Source: Dehalococcoidia bacterium
GTDB lineage: Bacteria > Chloroflexota > Dehalococcoidia > GIF9 > UBA5629
NCBI GenBank assembly: GCA_050011565.1
Contig: JBEKIW010000001.1
Location: 544,001-608,000, forward strand
Length of the DNA: 64,000 nt
Reading direction: 5' to 3'
Under the pieces are notes generated by a model, which ran no database searches, had not been told where the DNA came from, and was given only the letters and a program-made list of their open reading frames with translations. Position 1 is the first letter of the stretch. Every line of letters starts with the position of its first letter. Shown here piece by piece: positions 27,473-37,418 of this stretch. A program made the translations under genes and the position numbers.

Positions 27473-29233
27473 ATGCCCTATGATGCAGTAAAAATGAAAG
27501 ACTGGCAAATTTCAGATGCCGCCGAGAAGAACATGCCGACACCCGAAGAGTGGCGTGAAAAGCTGGGACTGCAGAAGGATGAGATTATCCCATTTGGCAG
27601 GTTATGCAGGCTTGATTTCATGAAAATCATTGAGCGGCTCAAGAAAAAGGCTGACGGCAAATACATTGAGGTAACCGCTATAACGCCGACACCACTAGGC
27701 GAAGGTAAAAGCACGACTTCAATGGGGCTTTTAGAGGGCCTGGGTAAACGGGGTAAGAATGTGGGCGGCTGTCTACGCCAGCCATCCGGCGGCCCCACTA
27801 TGAATATCAAGGGGACAGCTGCCGGTGGTGGCAATGCGCTTCTAATTCCCATGACCGAGTTTTCCATGGGGCTTACCGGCGACATCAATGACATCATGAA
27901 TTCCCATAACCTGGCTATGGTGGCGCTCACTGCCAGGATGCAGCATGAACGGAACTACGATGACGCCGAGCTGGCTAAACGCAACCTGCGGCGATTGGCT
28001 GTCGATCCAACCCGCGTAGAGATGGGCTGGATCATGGACTTCTGCGCTCAGAGCCTCAGGAACATTGTTATAGGTCTGGGCGGCCGCATGGACGGTTTTC
28101 TTATGCAGTCTAAGTTCGGTATTGCTGTGAGTTCCGAGCTTATGGCTATGTTGTCCATAGTCAAAGACCTGGCTGACCTGCGCCAGAGAATGGACAAAAT
28201 CACTGTTGCTTTCGATATGAAGGGTAAGCCGGTGACTACAGGTGACCTGGAGGTAGGTGGCGCCATGACTGCCTGGATGCGCAATACCATCAATCCCACG
28301 CTGATGTGTACCGCTGAATACCAGCCGTGCATGGTGCATGCCGGCCCCTTTGCCAATATAGCAGTAGGACAGTCATCCATTATTGCCGACCGCATCGGTC
28401 TGAAGATGTTTGACTACCACGTTACCGAGAGTGGTTTTGCCGCTGACATTGGCTTTGAGAAGTTTTGGAACGTCAAGTGCCGCTTAAGCGGGTTGATACC
28501 CCACGTATCAGTGCTCACCACTACTATCAGAGCTTTGAAGATGCACGGTGGAGGACCTAAGGTGGTAGCCGGACTGCCCTTACCCGATGCTTATACAAAA
28601 GAAGACCTTAAAACACTGGAAAAAGGTCTACCCAATATGATACATCACATTAACACCATCAGAACAGCCGGCATTAACCCGGTGGTCTGTATAAATGCCT
28701 TCCACACCGATACCAAGGATGAAATCGCCATGGTGCGCAAGGCAGCCGAGGCAGCCGGTGCCCGCTGTGCTGTTTCCACTCATTGGGCAAATGGCGGTGA
28801 TGGCGCCCTGGAGCTAGCTGATACGGTCATGGATGCCTGCAACCAGAAGAACGAGTTCAAATTCTTATACCCTCTGGAAATGAAGCTCCGCGAGCGGGTA
28901 GACAAAATTGCCAAGGTGGTCTATGGGGCTGACGGTGTATCATGGACGCCCGACGCTGAAGCCAAGGCCAAGATGCTTGAGAGCGACCCGCAATACGGCG
29001 ACTTTATGACCATGATGGTAAAGACACACTTGAGCCTGACGCACGACCCTGCTATAAAGGGCACTCCCAAAGGCTGGACATTACCTATACGCGACGTCTT
29101 AATCTATTCCGGCGCAAAGTTCCTTTGTCCCTGCGCCGGGACCATCAGCCTGATGCCGGGCACCAGTTCCGACCCTGCCTACAGAAGGGTGGATGTTGAT
29201 GTAAAGACCGGCAAGGTGATGGGTCTGTTTTAA
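27473..29233 (+). CDS. fhs: Formate--tetrahydrofolate ligase
   Basis: [51 protein letters not shown]. Confidence 0.98.
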   Translation: MPYDAVKMKDWQISDAAEKNMPTPEEWREKLGLQKDEIIPFGRLCRLDFMKIIERLKKKADGKYIEVTAITPTPLGEGKSTTSMGLLEGLGKRGKNVGGCLRQPSGGPTMNIKGTAAGGGNALLIPMTEFSMGLTGDINDIMNSHNLAMVALTARMQHERNYDDAELAKRNLRRLAVDPTRVEMGWIMDFCAQSLRNIVIGLGGRMDGFLMQSKFGIAVSSELMAMLSIVKDLADLRQRMDKITVAFDMKGKPVTTGDLEVGGAMTAWMRNTINPTLMCTAEYQPCMVHAGPFANIAVGQSSIIADRIGLKMFDYHVTESGFAADIGFEKFWNVKCRLSGLIPHVSVLTTTIRALKMHGGGPKVVAGLPLPDAYTKEDLKTLEKGLPNMIHHINTIRTAGINPVVCINAFHTDTKDEIAMVRKAAEAAGARCAVSTHWANGGDGALELADTVMDACNQKNEFKFLYPLEMKLRERVDKIAKVVYGADGVSWTPDAEAKAKMLESDPQYGDFMTMMVKTHLSLTHDPAIKGTPKGWTLPIRDVLIYSGAKFLCPCAGTISLMPGTSSDPAYRRVDVDVKTGKVMGLF

Positions 29234-29255
29234 AGAAAAACAAAGGGAATTCTTT

Positions 29256-29290
29256 AAGGCTGGGTGGCGCATTGCGCCACCCAGCCTTTT
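29256..29290 (+). terminator. Intrinsic terminator after fhs
   Basis: Perfect inverted repeat AAGGCTGGGTGGCGC-att-GCGCCACCCAGCCTT followed by TT. Confidence 0.85.
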
Positions 29291-29316
29291 CAGTTACAAT
29301 CAAATTCGGGGTTAAA

Positions 29317-30753
29317 TTGAACGACGAAGAATTGCTTCGGGAATTCGAGCCCATATTTTACCCTAAGTCTATTGCTGTAGTCGGCATTTCCCAAAATATA
29401 TTTAAGGTGGGCTCACTCTGGCTGAAAGCCGTTATGGATGCCGGCTTTAGAGGTGCTATTTATCCGATTCACCCTCGAGGCGGTGAGTTTCTAGGATTGA
29501 AAGTCTATACCAGTATTAAGGAAGTTCCGGAGATTGTGGACTATGTTATCGTCTCCATTCCCAGAGAAGCCGTACCTGAACTGCTGGATGATTGTGCTCA
29601 TAAAGTAAAAACTATTCATTTCTTCACTGCCGGCTTCGGTGAGGCAGGCGATGCCACGGGGAGACAGTTGGAGGAGGAATTGATAAGCAAAGCGCGACAC
29701 GGCGGCTTCCGTATTATCGGGCCTAATTGTATTGGCGTTTATTCTCCGGAAGTTCGAGTACCCTATGGGCCCAGCGGCAGGATAGGCGAAGTCGGCTCGG
29801 TAGGCTTCATTTCCCAGAGTGGGGGAATAGGGGAAAAGTTATTCGAGCTGGGACTTGCCAGGGGTATCAGATATAGCAAGGGCATCAGCTTCGGCAACGG
29901 TATTGACCTGGATAGCCCCGATTATATGGAGTATATGTCCGCAGACCCGAGAGTCTCCGTTATCGGCGCCTATCTCGAAGGAACGAAAAACGGTCACCGG
30001 CTATTTATCAAGATGAAGGACGCAGCCAGGTTGAAGCCACTAATTGTGTGGAAAGCCGGCAGGACTGGCATTGGTGCCGCAGCCGCCGCTTCACATACCG
30101 GCTCCCTGGCAAGTTCCGCGGCCATTTGGTCGGCAGCCCTGAGGCAATCCGGTGCTATCGAAGTCCAGGATGTCGAAGAGTTGACCGATACTTTGCTCAT
30201 TTTTCAACAGCTTGGGCAATTGGAAGTCAAAGGAAATGGCATTGCTGTCGTTGGCGGGCTTGCCGATGGTGGCGGCGGTATTTCTGTTTCAGCCAGCGAT
30301 GCCTGTGCCGAACTTGGACTTAATATTCCCCCGCTCTCCTCCGAGACGAGACGAAAGTTGACCAACCTTCTAGGCAGGGTAGGCAGTATCTTGCGCAATC
30401 CCGTAGACGTAAGTCAAAGTGGCAGCAATCGTTCCATGATAAAAGAGGCTGCGGGGCTGGTCCTTGCCGATTCCTCAATTGACCTTGTAATAGTGCAAAT
30501 AGATGCGGGTATACTGTTAAAATACTTGCCCTGGGAGCTGGTCGAATCCATATTTACTGTTTTTATCGAGCTGAGAAATGAGCAGGAAAAGCCGATAGTT
30601 ATCGTCTCTCCTCCCGGCGCTTTCGAGTCGCAACGCATCGAAATGGAGCAGCAACTAGCTCGAGCTTCAATACCCGTCTTTCCTACTATGAAACGGGCGG
30701 CTAAAGCTATCATAAACTTGAGTCGATACTCTCAATTCCGGAATATGGACTAG
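29317..30753 (+). CDS. CoA-binding protein, ADP-forming acyl-CoA synthetase alpha-subunit family
   Basis: PKSIAVVG, FTAGFGE, IIGPNCIG, SQSGG, SFGNGID, phospho-His motif SHTGSLA. The track start at 29272 lies inside the terminator, so TTG at 29317 is preferred. Confidence 0.85.
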   Translation: MNDEELLREFEPIFYPKSIAVVGISQNIFKVGSLWLKAVMDAGFRGAIYPIHPRGGEFLGLKVYTSIKEVPEIVDYVIVSIPREAVPELLDDCAHKVKTIHFFTAGFGEAGDATGRQLEEELISKARHGGFRIIGPNCIGVYSPEVRVPYGPSGRIGEVGSVGFISQSGGIGEKLFELGLARGIRYSKGISFGNGIDLDSPDYMEYMSADPRVSVIGAYLEGTKNGHRLFIKMKDAARLKPLIVWKAGRTGIGAAAAASHTGSLASSAAIWSAALRQSGAIEVQDVEELTDTLLIFQQLGQLEVKGNGIAVVGGLADGGGGISVSASDACAELGLNIPPLSSETRRKLTNLLGRVGSILRNPVDVSQSGSNRSMIKEAAGLVLADSSIDLVIVQIDAGILLKYLPWELVESIFTVFIELRNEQEKPIVIVSPPGAFESQRIEMEQQLARASIPVFPTMKRAAKAIINLSRYSQFRNMD

Positions 30754-30757
30754 CAAT

Positions 30758-30982
30758 ATGGAAGGACTGGGCAAGATTCTGCTTATTGTCGGCGGCATTA
30801 TAGTAATTCTAGGGCTGATATTGGTTTTCAGCAATCATATCCCCTTTCTAGGCAAGTTGCCCGGCGACATATTCGTAAAGAGAGACGGTTTTTCCTTTTA
30901 TTTCCCTATTGTCACCTTACTAATTTTGAGTATTCTAATAACCATAATAGTGAATGTTATTTTGCACTTCCTGAACAAATAA
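30758..30982 (+). CDS. DUF2905 family small membrane protein
   Basis: LGKLPGDI..FYFPIVT motif between two TMs; often found next to queA. Confidence 0.85.
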   Translation: MEGLGKILLIVGGIIVILGLILVFSNHIPFLGKLPGDIFVKRDGFSFYFPIVTLLILSILITIIVNVILHFLNK

Positions 30983-30994
30983 TAAGCTATTCTT

Positions 30995-32023
30995 ATGAAG
31001 ACGAGCGACTTCGACTATCACTTACCTCCTGAGTTAATTGCACAAATACCATTGGAACCACGAGACCAATCCCGCCTTATGGTTCTGCGTCGATGTGACG
31101 GTTCCATAGAACACCGGCGCTTTTATGAGATTATCGACTATCTTGAAAACGGTGACACTATGGTGTTTAACAATAGCCGTGTCATACCGGCCAGAATCAT
31201 GGGGCAAAAACACAATAGCCAAACAAAAGTAGAATTACTGCTATTGCGTCGCTTGGGCAACAACATCTGGGAAACGCTGGTCCGACCGGCCAGAAAGGTT
31301 ACGCCTGGCACCGAAATTAGGATAGCCGGTGCGCCTCATGCTGCTGATGAAGAAATGAACGCTGAGGTGTTGGAACAGGGCGAGGGCGGTATTAATATTA
31401 TCCGCTTTTCAGACGATAGCTTGCTTGAGAAATACGGCCAAATCCCTTTGCCGCCTTACATATCGACTCCACTGGCCGACGCGGAACGTTATCAAACAAT
31501 ATACGCTCAAACGAATGGCAGCGTAGCAGCGCCTACAGCCGGGCTGCATTTTACCTCGCGATTACTGAGTGAGTTAGAGAAGAAAGGCGTTCGACTGGCT
31601 TTTGTCACGCTTCACATCGGGCTTGATACCTTCCGGCCGGTGCGGGTTGAAGACCCCAGCCGGCATGTCATCCATAAGGAATACGGCGAATTAACCTCAG
31701 AAGTCACCGCTTTGGTTAATGAGACCAGGGAGCAGGGCAGAAAGGTAATAGCTGTGGGCACCAGCACTGTGAGATTGCTGGAAGCAGCTGCTAGGACCGG
31801 CACCATTCAGCCTTTTGCCGGCTGGGTGGACCTGTTAATCTTGCCCGGGTACAAATTTCGTGTCACAGATGTCATGGTCACCAACTTCCATTTACCCAGG
31901 TCAACGCTGTTGATGCTGGTCTCCGCCTTTGCCGGCAAGGATTTTGTTCTGCAATCCTACGAGCAAGCCAGGAGCCTTAATTACCGCTTCTACAGCTTCG
32001 GCGACGCCATGCTGATTCTTTAA
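30995..32023 (+). CDS. queA: S-adenosylmethionine:tRNA ribosyltransferase-isomerase
   Basis: FDYHLPPELIAQ, PLPPYI, YQT, AAPTAGLHF, TNFHLPRSTLLMLV, YRFYSFGDAM. Confidence 0.98.
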   Translation: MKTSDFDYHLPPELIAQIPLEPRDQSRLMVLRRCDGSIEHRRFYEIIDYLENGDTMVFNNSRVIPARIMGQKHNSQTKVELLLLRRLGNNIWETLVRPARKVTPGTEIRIAGAPHAADEEMNAEVLEQGEGGINIIRFSDDSLLEKYGQIPLPPYISTPLADAERYQTIYAQTNGSVAAPTAGLHFTSRLLSELEKKGVRLAFVTLHIGLDTFRPVRVEDPSRHVIHKEYGELTSEVTALVNETREQGRKVIAVGTSTVRLLEAAARTGTIQPFAGWVDLLILPGYKFRVTDVMVTNFHLPRSTLLMLVSAFAGKDFVLQSYEQARSLNYRFYSFGDAMLIL

Positions 32024-32084
32024 ACATCTTACGTAATAAGCTTTCAGCAAATTCTGGCTGAGAATAGCTTTTAACTGCCACGCT

Positions 32085-32113
32085 TTGCCAATTACCAGTC
32101 ATATCGATATAAT
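32085..32113 (+). promoter_or_regulatory. Sigma70-type promoter upstream of glmS / glycan locus
   Basis: TTGCCA-17 nt-TATAAT. Confidence 0.7.
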
Positions 32114-32172
32114 TTACGGTATCTGTGATGGTTATACAGAAAAATTAGCAGATAGCAATGTAACTGATTAAG

Positions 32173-33948
32173 ATGTGCGGTATTATTGGCTATTGTGGGA
32201 AGCAGTCGGCGGCTCCTATCGTTTTTGAAGGTTTACGGCGCGTGGAATACCGGGGCTATGACTCGGCAGGCATGGCTACCTTATCTAACGGGCGCCTGTT
32301 AGTTACTAAAGATATCGGTAAACTGGAAGAAATTGAGAAGAGACACAACCTGAGCTCGTTGCCCGGGAATACAGCTATCGGCCATACCCGCTGGGCTACT
32401 CATGGTGGCGTAACCCAAGTAAATGCACATCCGCATTGTGATTGCGCTGGAACTATAGCCGTCGTCCACAACGGAATAATTGAGAATTATCAGGAACTGC
32501 GCCAACACCTTACTAGCACCGGACACCGTTTTACGTCAGAGACCGATACCGAGGTCATACCCCACCTCATTGAGGATGAAATGAAAAAGGGGGCTTCTCT
32601 CGAGTCGGCAGTTCTGGCTGTGGCACCGAAACTCGAGGGCTCATACGCCTTTTTAGCTATATCGTCTCGCGACTCAGACAAAGTCGTGGCTACCAGAAAG
32701 GATTGTCCTCTTGCTCTTGGCGTAGGAGAAAGCGGCTACTTTGTGGCTAGCGATGCCCTGGCCTTCTCCGGATTGGCCAATCAGCTTATACCGTTGGCTG
32801 ATACTGAGGTAGCAGTACTAACAACAAAAGGAATTGAGTTATTCGATGCTGCGGGCAATAAAGTGGAGAAAGAAGCTCGACATATTGATTTACAGTGGTG
32901 TGATAGCGATAAACAGGGCTATCAGTTCTACATGCTCAAGGAGATTATGGAGCAGCCGCAGACTGTCGAGGCAGCTATCAATCAAGATAAAGAGTTGTTC
33001 ACCAAGGTTGCCATGGATATCCTCAGGGCGGGTCAAGTAATAGTCACCGCTTGCGGTACCTCCAGATACGCTGCTCTGGTTGGCAGATACCTATTTTCCA
33101 AAGTTGGCAGAAAGTTTTGTGATGTGGTTATGGCCTCCGAATTTCATTATTTTGCTGATTCCGTTGATAAGAATACTGTGGTCTTAGCTGTGTCACAGAG
33201 TGGTGAGACACTGGACGTCATAGAAGGTGTAAAAAGGGCTAGAGATGCCGGCGCCCAAATTATTTCTATCGTCAACAGACCGTATTCTCAGTTATCTGAG
33301 ATGAGCCACCAGGTTATCAACCTAAATTGTGGCCCGGAATTATGTGTGGCAGCTACCAAGTCTTTCATCAGCCAGCTGGTCGTATTCTATCTCCTGTCCT
33401 TTGCTATGACCAATTCCTTTGATAAAGCTGCCGCAAATCTTAGAAGCATCAGCAATAAAGTGACTAAGACTATTGAATGGAACAACGACAAACTTAGGGG
33501 ACTGAGCCAAGAGTTAAAGGCAAAGAGTGACTTTTACTACATAGCCAGGGGAATCAATTTCGCTATTGCCTCCGAAGGCGCTTTGAAAGTTAAAGAAATC
33601 TCCTATATTCATGCTGAGGGTATGCCGGCAGGCGAACTGAAACATGGCACTTTAGCCCTTATTGAGCCGGGGACGCCGGTAGCTGTAATTTGTCCCGATG
33701 ATTATACGTACCGTGAGACGTTGAGCAATGCCATGGAAGCTAAATCGCGTGGTGCCTATATTATCGCTGTATCCGACAAGAAAAACGAAATCTATGATTT
33801 CTGGGTCAAGATTCCTAAAGTCGATGAGCTTTTATACCCCATAATCACCGTAGTTCCACTCCAGCTCCTGGCGTACCATCTGGCGATCAGCCGCGGTTAT
33901 GACCCGGACAGGCCAAGGAACCTTGCAAAATCGGTGACGGTCAAATAA
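32173..33948 (+). CDS. glmS: Glutamine--fructose-6-phosphate transaminase (isomerizing)
   Basis: MCGIIG, EYRGYDSAG, GHTRWATHG, HNGIIEN, SQSGET, ELKHG, PRNLAKSVTV. Confidence 0.98.
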   Translation: MCGIIGYCGKQSAAPIVFEGLRRVEYRGYDSAGMATLSNGRLLVTKDIGKLEEIEKRHNLSSLPGNTAIGHTRWATHGGVTQVNAHPHCDCAGTIAVVHNGIIENYQELRQHLTSTGHRFTSETDTEVIPHLIEDEMKKGASLESAVLAVAPKLEGSYAFLAISSRDSDKVVATRKDCPLALGVGESGYFVASDALAFSGLANQLIPLADTEVAVLTTKGIELFDAAGNKVEKEARHIDLQWCDSDKQGYQFYMLKEIMEQPQTVEAAINQDKELFTKVAMDILRAGQVIVTACGTSRYAALVGRYLFSKVGRKFCDVVMASEFHYFADSVDKNTVVLAVSQSGETLDVIEGVKRARDAGAQIISIVNRPYSQLSEMSHQVINLNCGPELCVAATKSFISQLVVFYLLSFAMTNSFDKAAANLRSISNKVTKTIEWNNDKLRGLSQELKAKSDFYYIARGINFAIASEGALKVKEISYIHAEGMPAGELKHGTLALIEPGTPVAVICPDDYTYRETLSNAMEAKSRGAYIIAVSDKKNEIYDFWVKIPKVDELLYPIITVVPLQLLAYHLAISRGYDPDRPRNLAKSVTVK

Positions 33949-34126
33949 CATTGATGGGACTGAAGACTCAACCGGCCACATCGAGGAACATTATTGTCAT
34001 TTTCAGTCTCTACGAAGAACGATTTTTTGGCTACCTTGATATAGAAGTCGAAAATAGTAAATCGATTAATGGTCAAAACAACAGTACATTGATTGCGCGT
34101 TATTTTTTAGAGCGAAGGGAGGGAAA

Positions 34127-35008
34127 ATGAAAAAAGTTTTGATAACAGGTGGCGCTGGCTTTTTGGGTAGGCACCTGACAAAAGGTTTACTTGACAAATA
34201 CAGCGATATTGAGATTAAGGCAATTTCTCGGCATGAAAATGAAATTGTAGAGATGATCGTAGCCTGCAATAACGATAAGAGGCTGAAACCTATCATAGGC
34301 GATATACGAGAAGTAGATACAGCTAAGTATGCTCTCACTGATGTTGATACACTGATACACTTGGCAGCCATGAAGCACATTGATTTCTGTGAGATGTATC
34401 CTTCGGAGGCTATCTCCGTTAATATAATTGCTACAATGAATCTATTGAAGTTATTCACGGGAGACACTTGCATAGGAATGTCAACAGACAAAGCTGTTGA
34501 AGCCACAGGGTGCTATGGGGCTACCAAACTTCTTCTGGAGAAACTAATCTTGGAGCAAGCCCGGAAAAACCCAAATCGTAGATACATGGTGGTTAGAAGC
34601 GGTAATATCTTTGGCTCGAGCGGTAGCGTAATTCAAAGGTGGAAGCAACAGATAAAACAAAACAACAAAGTGACGGTTACAAATTTAGAAATGACAAGGT
34701 TCTATATCGATGTAAACACGTTAGTAGGTTTTATCATACGAATTATTGAGGAGGGTGAAAGCGGGAAAATATATATACCATTCCAAAAGACGGCCAGGCT
34801 GGGGGCTTTGGCCAAAGCCATGGTTGAGCTTTACGGAGATACAAAAACCAGAATAGAGGTCGTAGGATTAAGAGAAGGGGAAAAGATGCATGAGCGTTTG
34901 TTCTCCTTACCCAAAAAAGATATTCTCACAGACATAACGGCTGAATGCTCAGAGTTCGGAGAGAACTTAAGCATAGATGAGATTAAAGATTGGCTGAAAA
35001 GTTGTTAG
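34127..35008 (+). CDS. Polysaccharide biosynthesis SDR (UDP-HexNAc 4,6-dehydratase-like)
   Basis: TGGAGFLG, HLAAMKH, STDKAV, YGATK, RSGNIFGSSGSV, MTRF, GLREGEKMHE. Confidence 0.85.
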   Translation: MKKVLITGGAGFLGRHLTKGLLDKYSDIEIKAISRHENEIVEMIVACNNDKRLKPIIGDIREVDTAKYALTDVDTLIHLAAMKHIDFCEMYPSEAISVNIIATMNLLKLFTGDTCIGMSTDKAVEATGCYGATKLLLEKLILEQARKNPNRRYMVVRSGNIFGSSGSVIQRWKQQIKQNNKVTVTNLEMTRFYIDVNTLVGFIIRIIEEGESGKIYIPFQKTARLGALAKAMVELYGDTKTRIEVVGLREGEKMHERLFSLPKKDILTDITAECSEFGENLSIDEIKDWLKSC

Positions 35009-35018
35009 GGTTTTAGGA

Positions 35019-35792
35019 GTGGAGGTATTGAACGAGAAGGTGAGTGTAATTATACCTGCAAAGGACGAGGCAAATTGCATAGGCGAACTTATTGCCAGGA
35101 CCAAAATTAGCCTCGCTAAACACAAAGTTGAGATAATTGTTGTTGATGATGGCTCGAAGGATAACACCAAAGAAATCGCTTCGAGTAGTGGTGCCATAGC
35201 AATCTCACATGTTAAGACGCTGGGCAAAGGTGCCGCTATGAAAACTGGAGCCAGTGCTGCCAGTGGAGATATACTTGTATTTCTTGATGGCGATGGGGCT
35301 CATAATCCGGAAGATATACCGAACGTGATTACCCCTGTCCTTCAAAATAGGGCTGATTTGGTTATCGGTTCCAGAAATTTTCGCGGTTCCAGGACTCTTG
35401 GCTCCTATCTGCCGAGGCGAATTACTAATAAGCTAGCTTCCCTTGTCACCTCTATCATTATTTCTTTTTTATTGCCATTGACAACGTGGTTTAAATGTCC
35501 TATGAAATGGATTGGAATAGCAGATGCCGAATGTGGTTTCAAAGTAGTAAGCAGAGAAAAATGGCGTCAGTTTGATCTGGTTTCACAGGGATTTGAGATT
35601 GAGAGCGAGATAATATACGAAGCAGCTAAAAATAAGCTAACCATCCATAATGCCCCTATAAGCTGTAACTGGAATAGCAAGGTTTCCCGTCTTTCCATTG
35701 TGCGTGATGGCTTACAAACTCTTAGGCTTTTATTCAGCAAGCTTATTACTGACATGGGAGAAAGACAGGGCAACCAATCGAAGTCAAAATGA
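35019..35792 (+). CDS. Glycosyltransferase family 2, DPM1-like (polyprenol-phosphate glycosyltransferase type)
   Basis: IIPAKDE, VDDGSKD, GKGAA, DGDG.H, DLVIGSR, D.ECGFK, FEIESE. Confidence 0.88.
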   Translation: MEVLNEKVSVIIPAKDEANCIGELIARTKISLAKHKVEIIVVDDGSKDNTKEIASSSGAIAISHVKTLGKGAAMKTGASAASGDILVFLDGDGAHNPEDIPNVITPVLQNRADLVIGSRNFRGSRTLGSYLPRRITNKLASLVTSIIISFLLPLTTWFKCPMKWIGIADAECGFKVVSREKWRQFDLVSQGFEIESEIIYEAAKNKLTIHNAPISCNWNSKVSRLSIVRDGLQTLRLLFSKLITDMGERQGNQSKSK

Positions 35793-35986
35793 AGGTTCTG
35801 TTTGTTTTGGAGTATTACAGTCCACACATTGGCGGTGCCGAGGTTTTGTTCAAAAATCTCTGCGAAGGCTTGACCGGAAAAGTGCAAAGAACGGTTACAG
35901 AAAGCAAATACCGAGATGAATGCATTCAAGATATGGACAAGCTTGCGATGAGTGAGGGATTTATTAAGGAAAGGAGGCCGAAATGA
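35789..35986 (+). pseudogene. Truncated GT4 glycosyltransferase N-terminus fused to an unrelated tail
   Basis: MKVLFVLEYYSPHIGGAEVLFKNLCEGL is a typical GT4 start, but the ORF is only 65 aa. It overlaps both neighbours by ATGA. Confidence 0.65.
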
Positions 35987-37206
35987 GCTCTAGGAACAAA
36001 AATATACTCATCACTGGCATAAGCGGTTTTGTCGGCTCACACATGGCCAAACATCTTCTTAATGAAGGTGCTAATGTCTTTGGCTTGGACAGAAGGCGCG
36101 CCGACGGCAACATCCCGCAAAACATCGAACATTTAGGAATTGAGAAGGAAGTCAGTTTGCTGGAGGGCGATGTGCGGGATATTTCTAGTATCGCTTCTGC
36201 GTTGGACCTGAGCAAACCGGATATTGTCTTTCATCTTGCTGCGCAATCTTTCATTCCCAGGTCGTTTTCCTGTCCTGGTGAAACCATAGAAATAAACTGT
36301 CTAGGGACAGCTAATCTTCTTGAGGCAGTTAGGAATAAGGGATTAAACCCGGTCACAGTATTTGCCGGCAGTAGCGAGGAATACGGGCTGGTAATTTTTT
36401 CGCGGTCCCAGTATCGGCGAGTCAAGAAGAAATACGGCGCGATTTTCCCCGAGCCAACGGCTATCCCAGAGCTACCCATCACTGAAACTAACCCTCTGCG
36501 CCCAATGTCTCCCTATGCCGTTAGTAAAGTTTACGGGGATTATCTTATGAGAAACTATCACACATGTTTCGGTCTGAGTACTGTGGTTTCCAGGGGCTTT
36601 AACCACGAGGGGGCAGGCAGAGGCAAAATGTTTGTAACTTCGGCGATAACCGGTCAGGTGATGCAATTCAAGAGGGGTGAAATCGATAAGATAATCATAG
36701 GTAATGTCAATGCCTTCAGAGACTGGTCGCATGTCAGTGATATTCTGAGAGGCTATTGTCTGCTAGCTGAGCGGGGTAAGTATGGGGAGGTTTATAATCA
36801 GGGTTCTCAGCGGACAAATTCGGTCTTGAGCTACCTTCTGCTAAGCCTAGAATGTGCTGGTTATGCCATAGACAAGATAGAGACAACCAGCGGCAACAAG
36901 GTTGTAAAAAGACCAAACGAGCTGGATAATTCGGAAATGTTCGGTCTACGCTTTGAGAAAACCAAAGTGGATAAGCTGATTTTAGAAGGCAAGCTGGAAT
37001 ACGAACTTTCAGACATAGGAATTATTGCTACTACAGATAAAGGAAAAATAACTATAGAATTTGATAAAGAGAAATTCAGGCCAGCCGAAGTGCCTATGTT
37101 ATTAACAAAAACAGCAAAAATTGGAGAGCTAGGCTTTAAAATAAGCCATACTTTGAAGGACATAATAAGCGACCAGCTCAATTATTTTTTGGATCCGTCA
37201 CGTTAG
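35983..37206 (+). CDS. gmd: GDP-mannose 4,6-dehydratase family protein (long form with insertions)
   Basis: TGISGFVG, HLAAQS, AGSSEEYG, SPYAVSK, FNHEG, FVT, GN..AFRDW, RPAEV. Confidence 0.8.
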   Translation: MSSRNKNILITGISGFVGSHMAKHLLNEGANVFGLDRRRADGNIPQNIEHLGIEKEVSLLEGDVRDISSIASALDLSKPDIVFHLAAQSFIPRSFSCPGETIEINCLGTANLLEAVRNKGLNPVTVFAGSSEEYGLVIFSRSQYRRVKKKYGAIFPEPTAIPELPITETNPLRPMSPYAVSKVYGDYLMRNYHTCFGLSTVVSRGFNHEGAGRGKMFVTSAITGQVMQFKRGEIDKIIIGNVNAFRDWSHVSDILRGYCLLAERGKYGEVYNQGSQRTNSVLSYLLLSLECAGYAIDKIETTSGNKVVKRPNELDNSEMFGLRFEKTKVDKLILEGKLEYELSDIGIIATTDKGKITIEFDKEKFRPAEVPMLLTKTAKIGELGFKISHTLKDIISDQLNYFLDPSR

Positions 37207-37418
37207 AAAAATGGTTAATACTGTAATTGTGTGCGTGGCACAGGGTGTCACTGACCACTATACTGTACAACTAGCTAGCTCCCTAACAAAAAAGTGCTGC
37301 TTGGAGCATTGTTAAACACATATTCTTTATACTTTAGTAATTTAAGATATCACAATTTTAGTCATCCGAAGTTGATAAAATAGTGTAAATAGAATAATTG
37401 TAGGCAGCATAAACAAGC

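Noticed and set aside
29272-29316. N-terminal extension of the acyl-CoA ligase given by the ORF track
   Set aside because: The start lies inside the fhs terminator hairpin; the downstream TTG at 29317 is more plausible.
32024-32172. glmS ribozyme upstream of glmS
   Set aside because: The leader after the promoter is only about 55 nt and lacks the AGCGCC..GACGAGG core.
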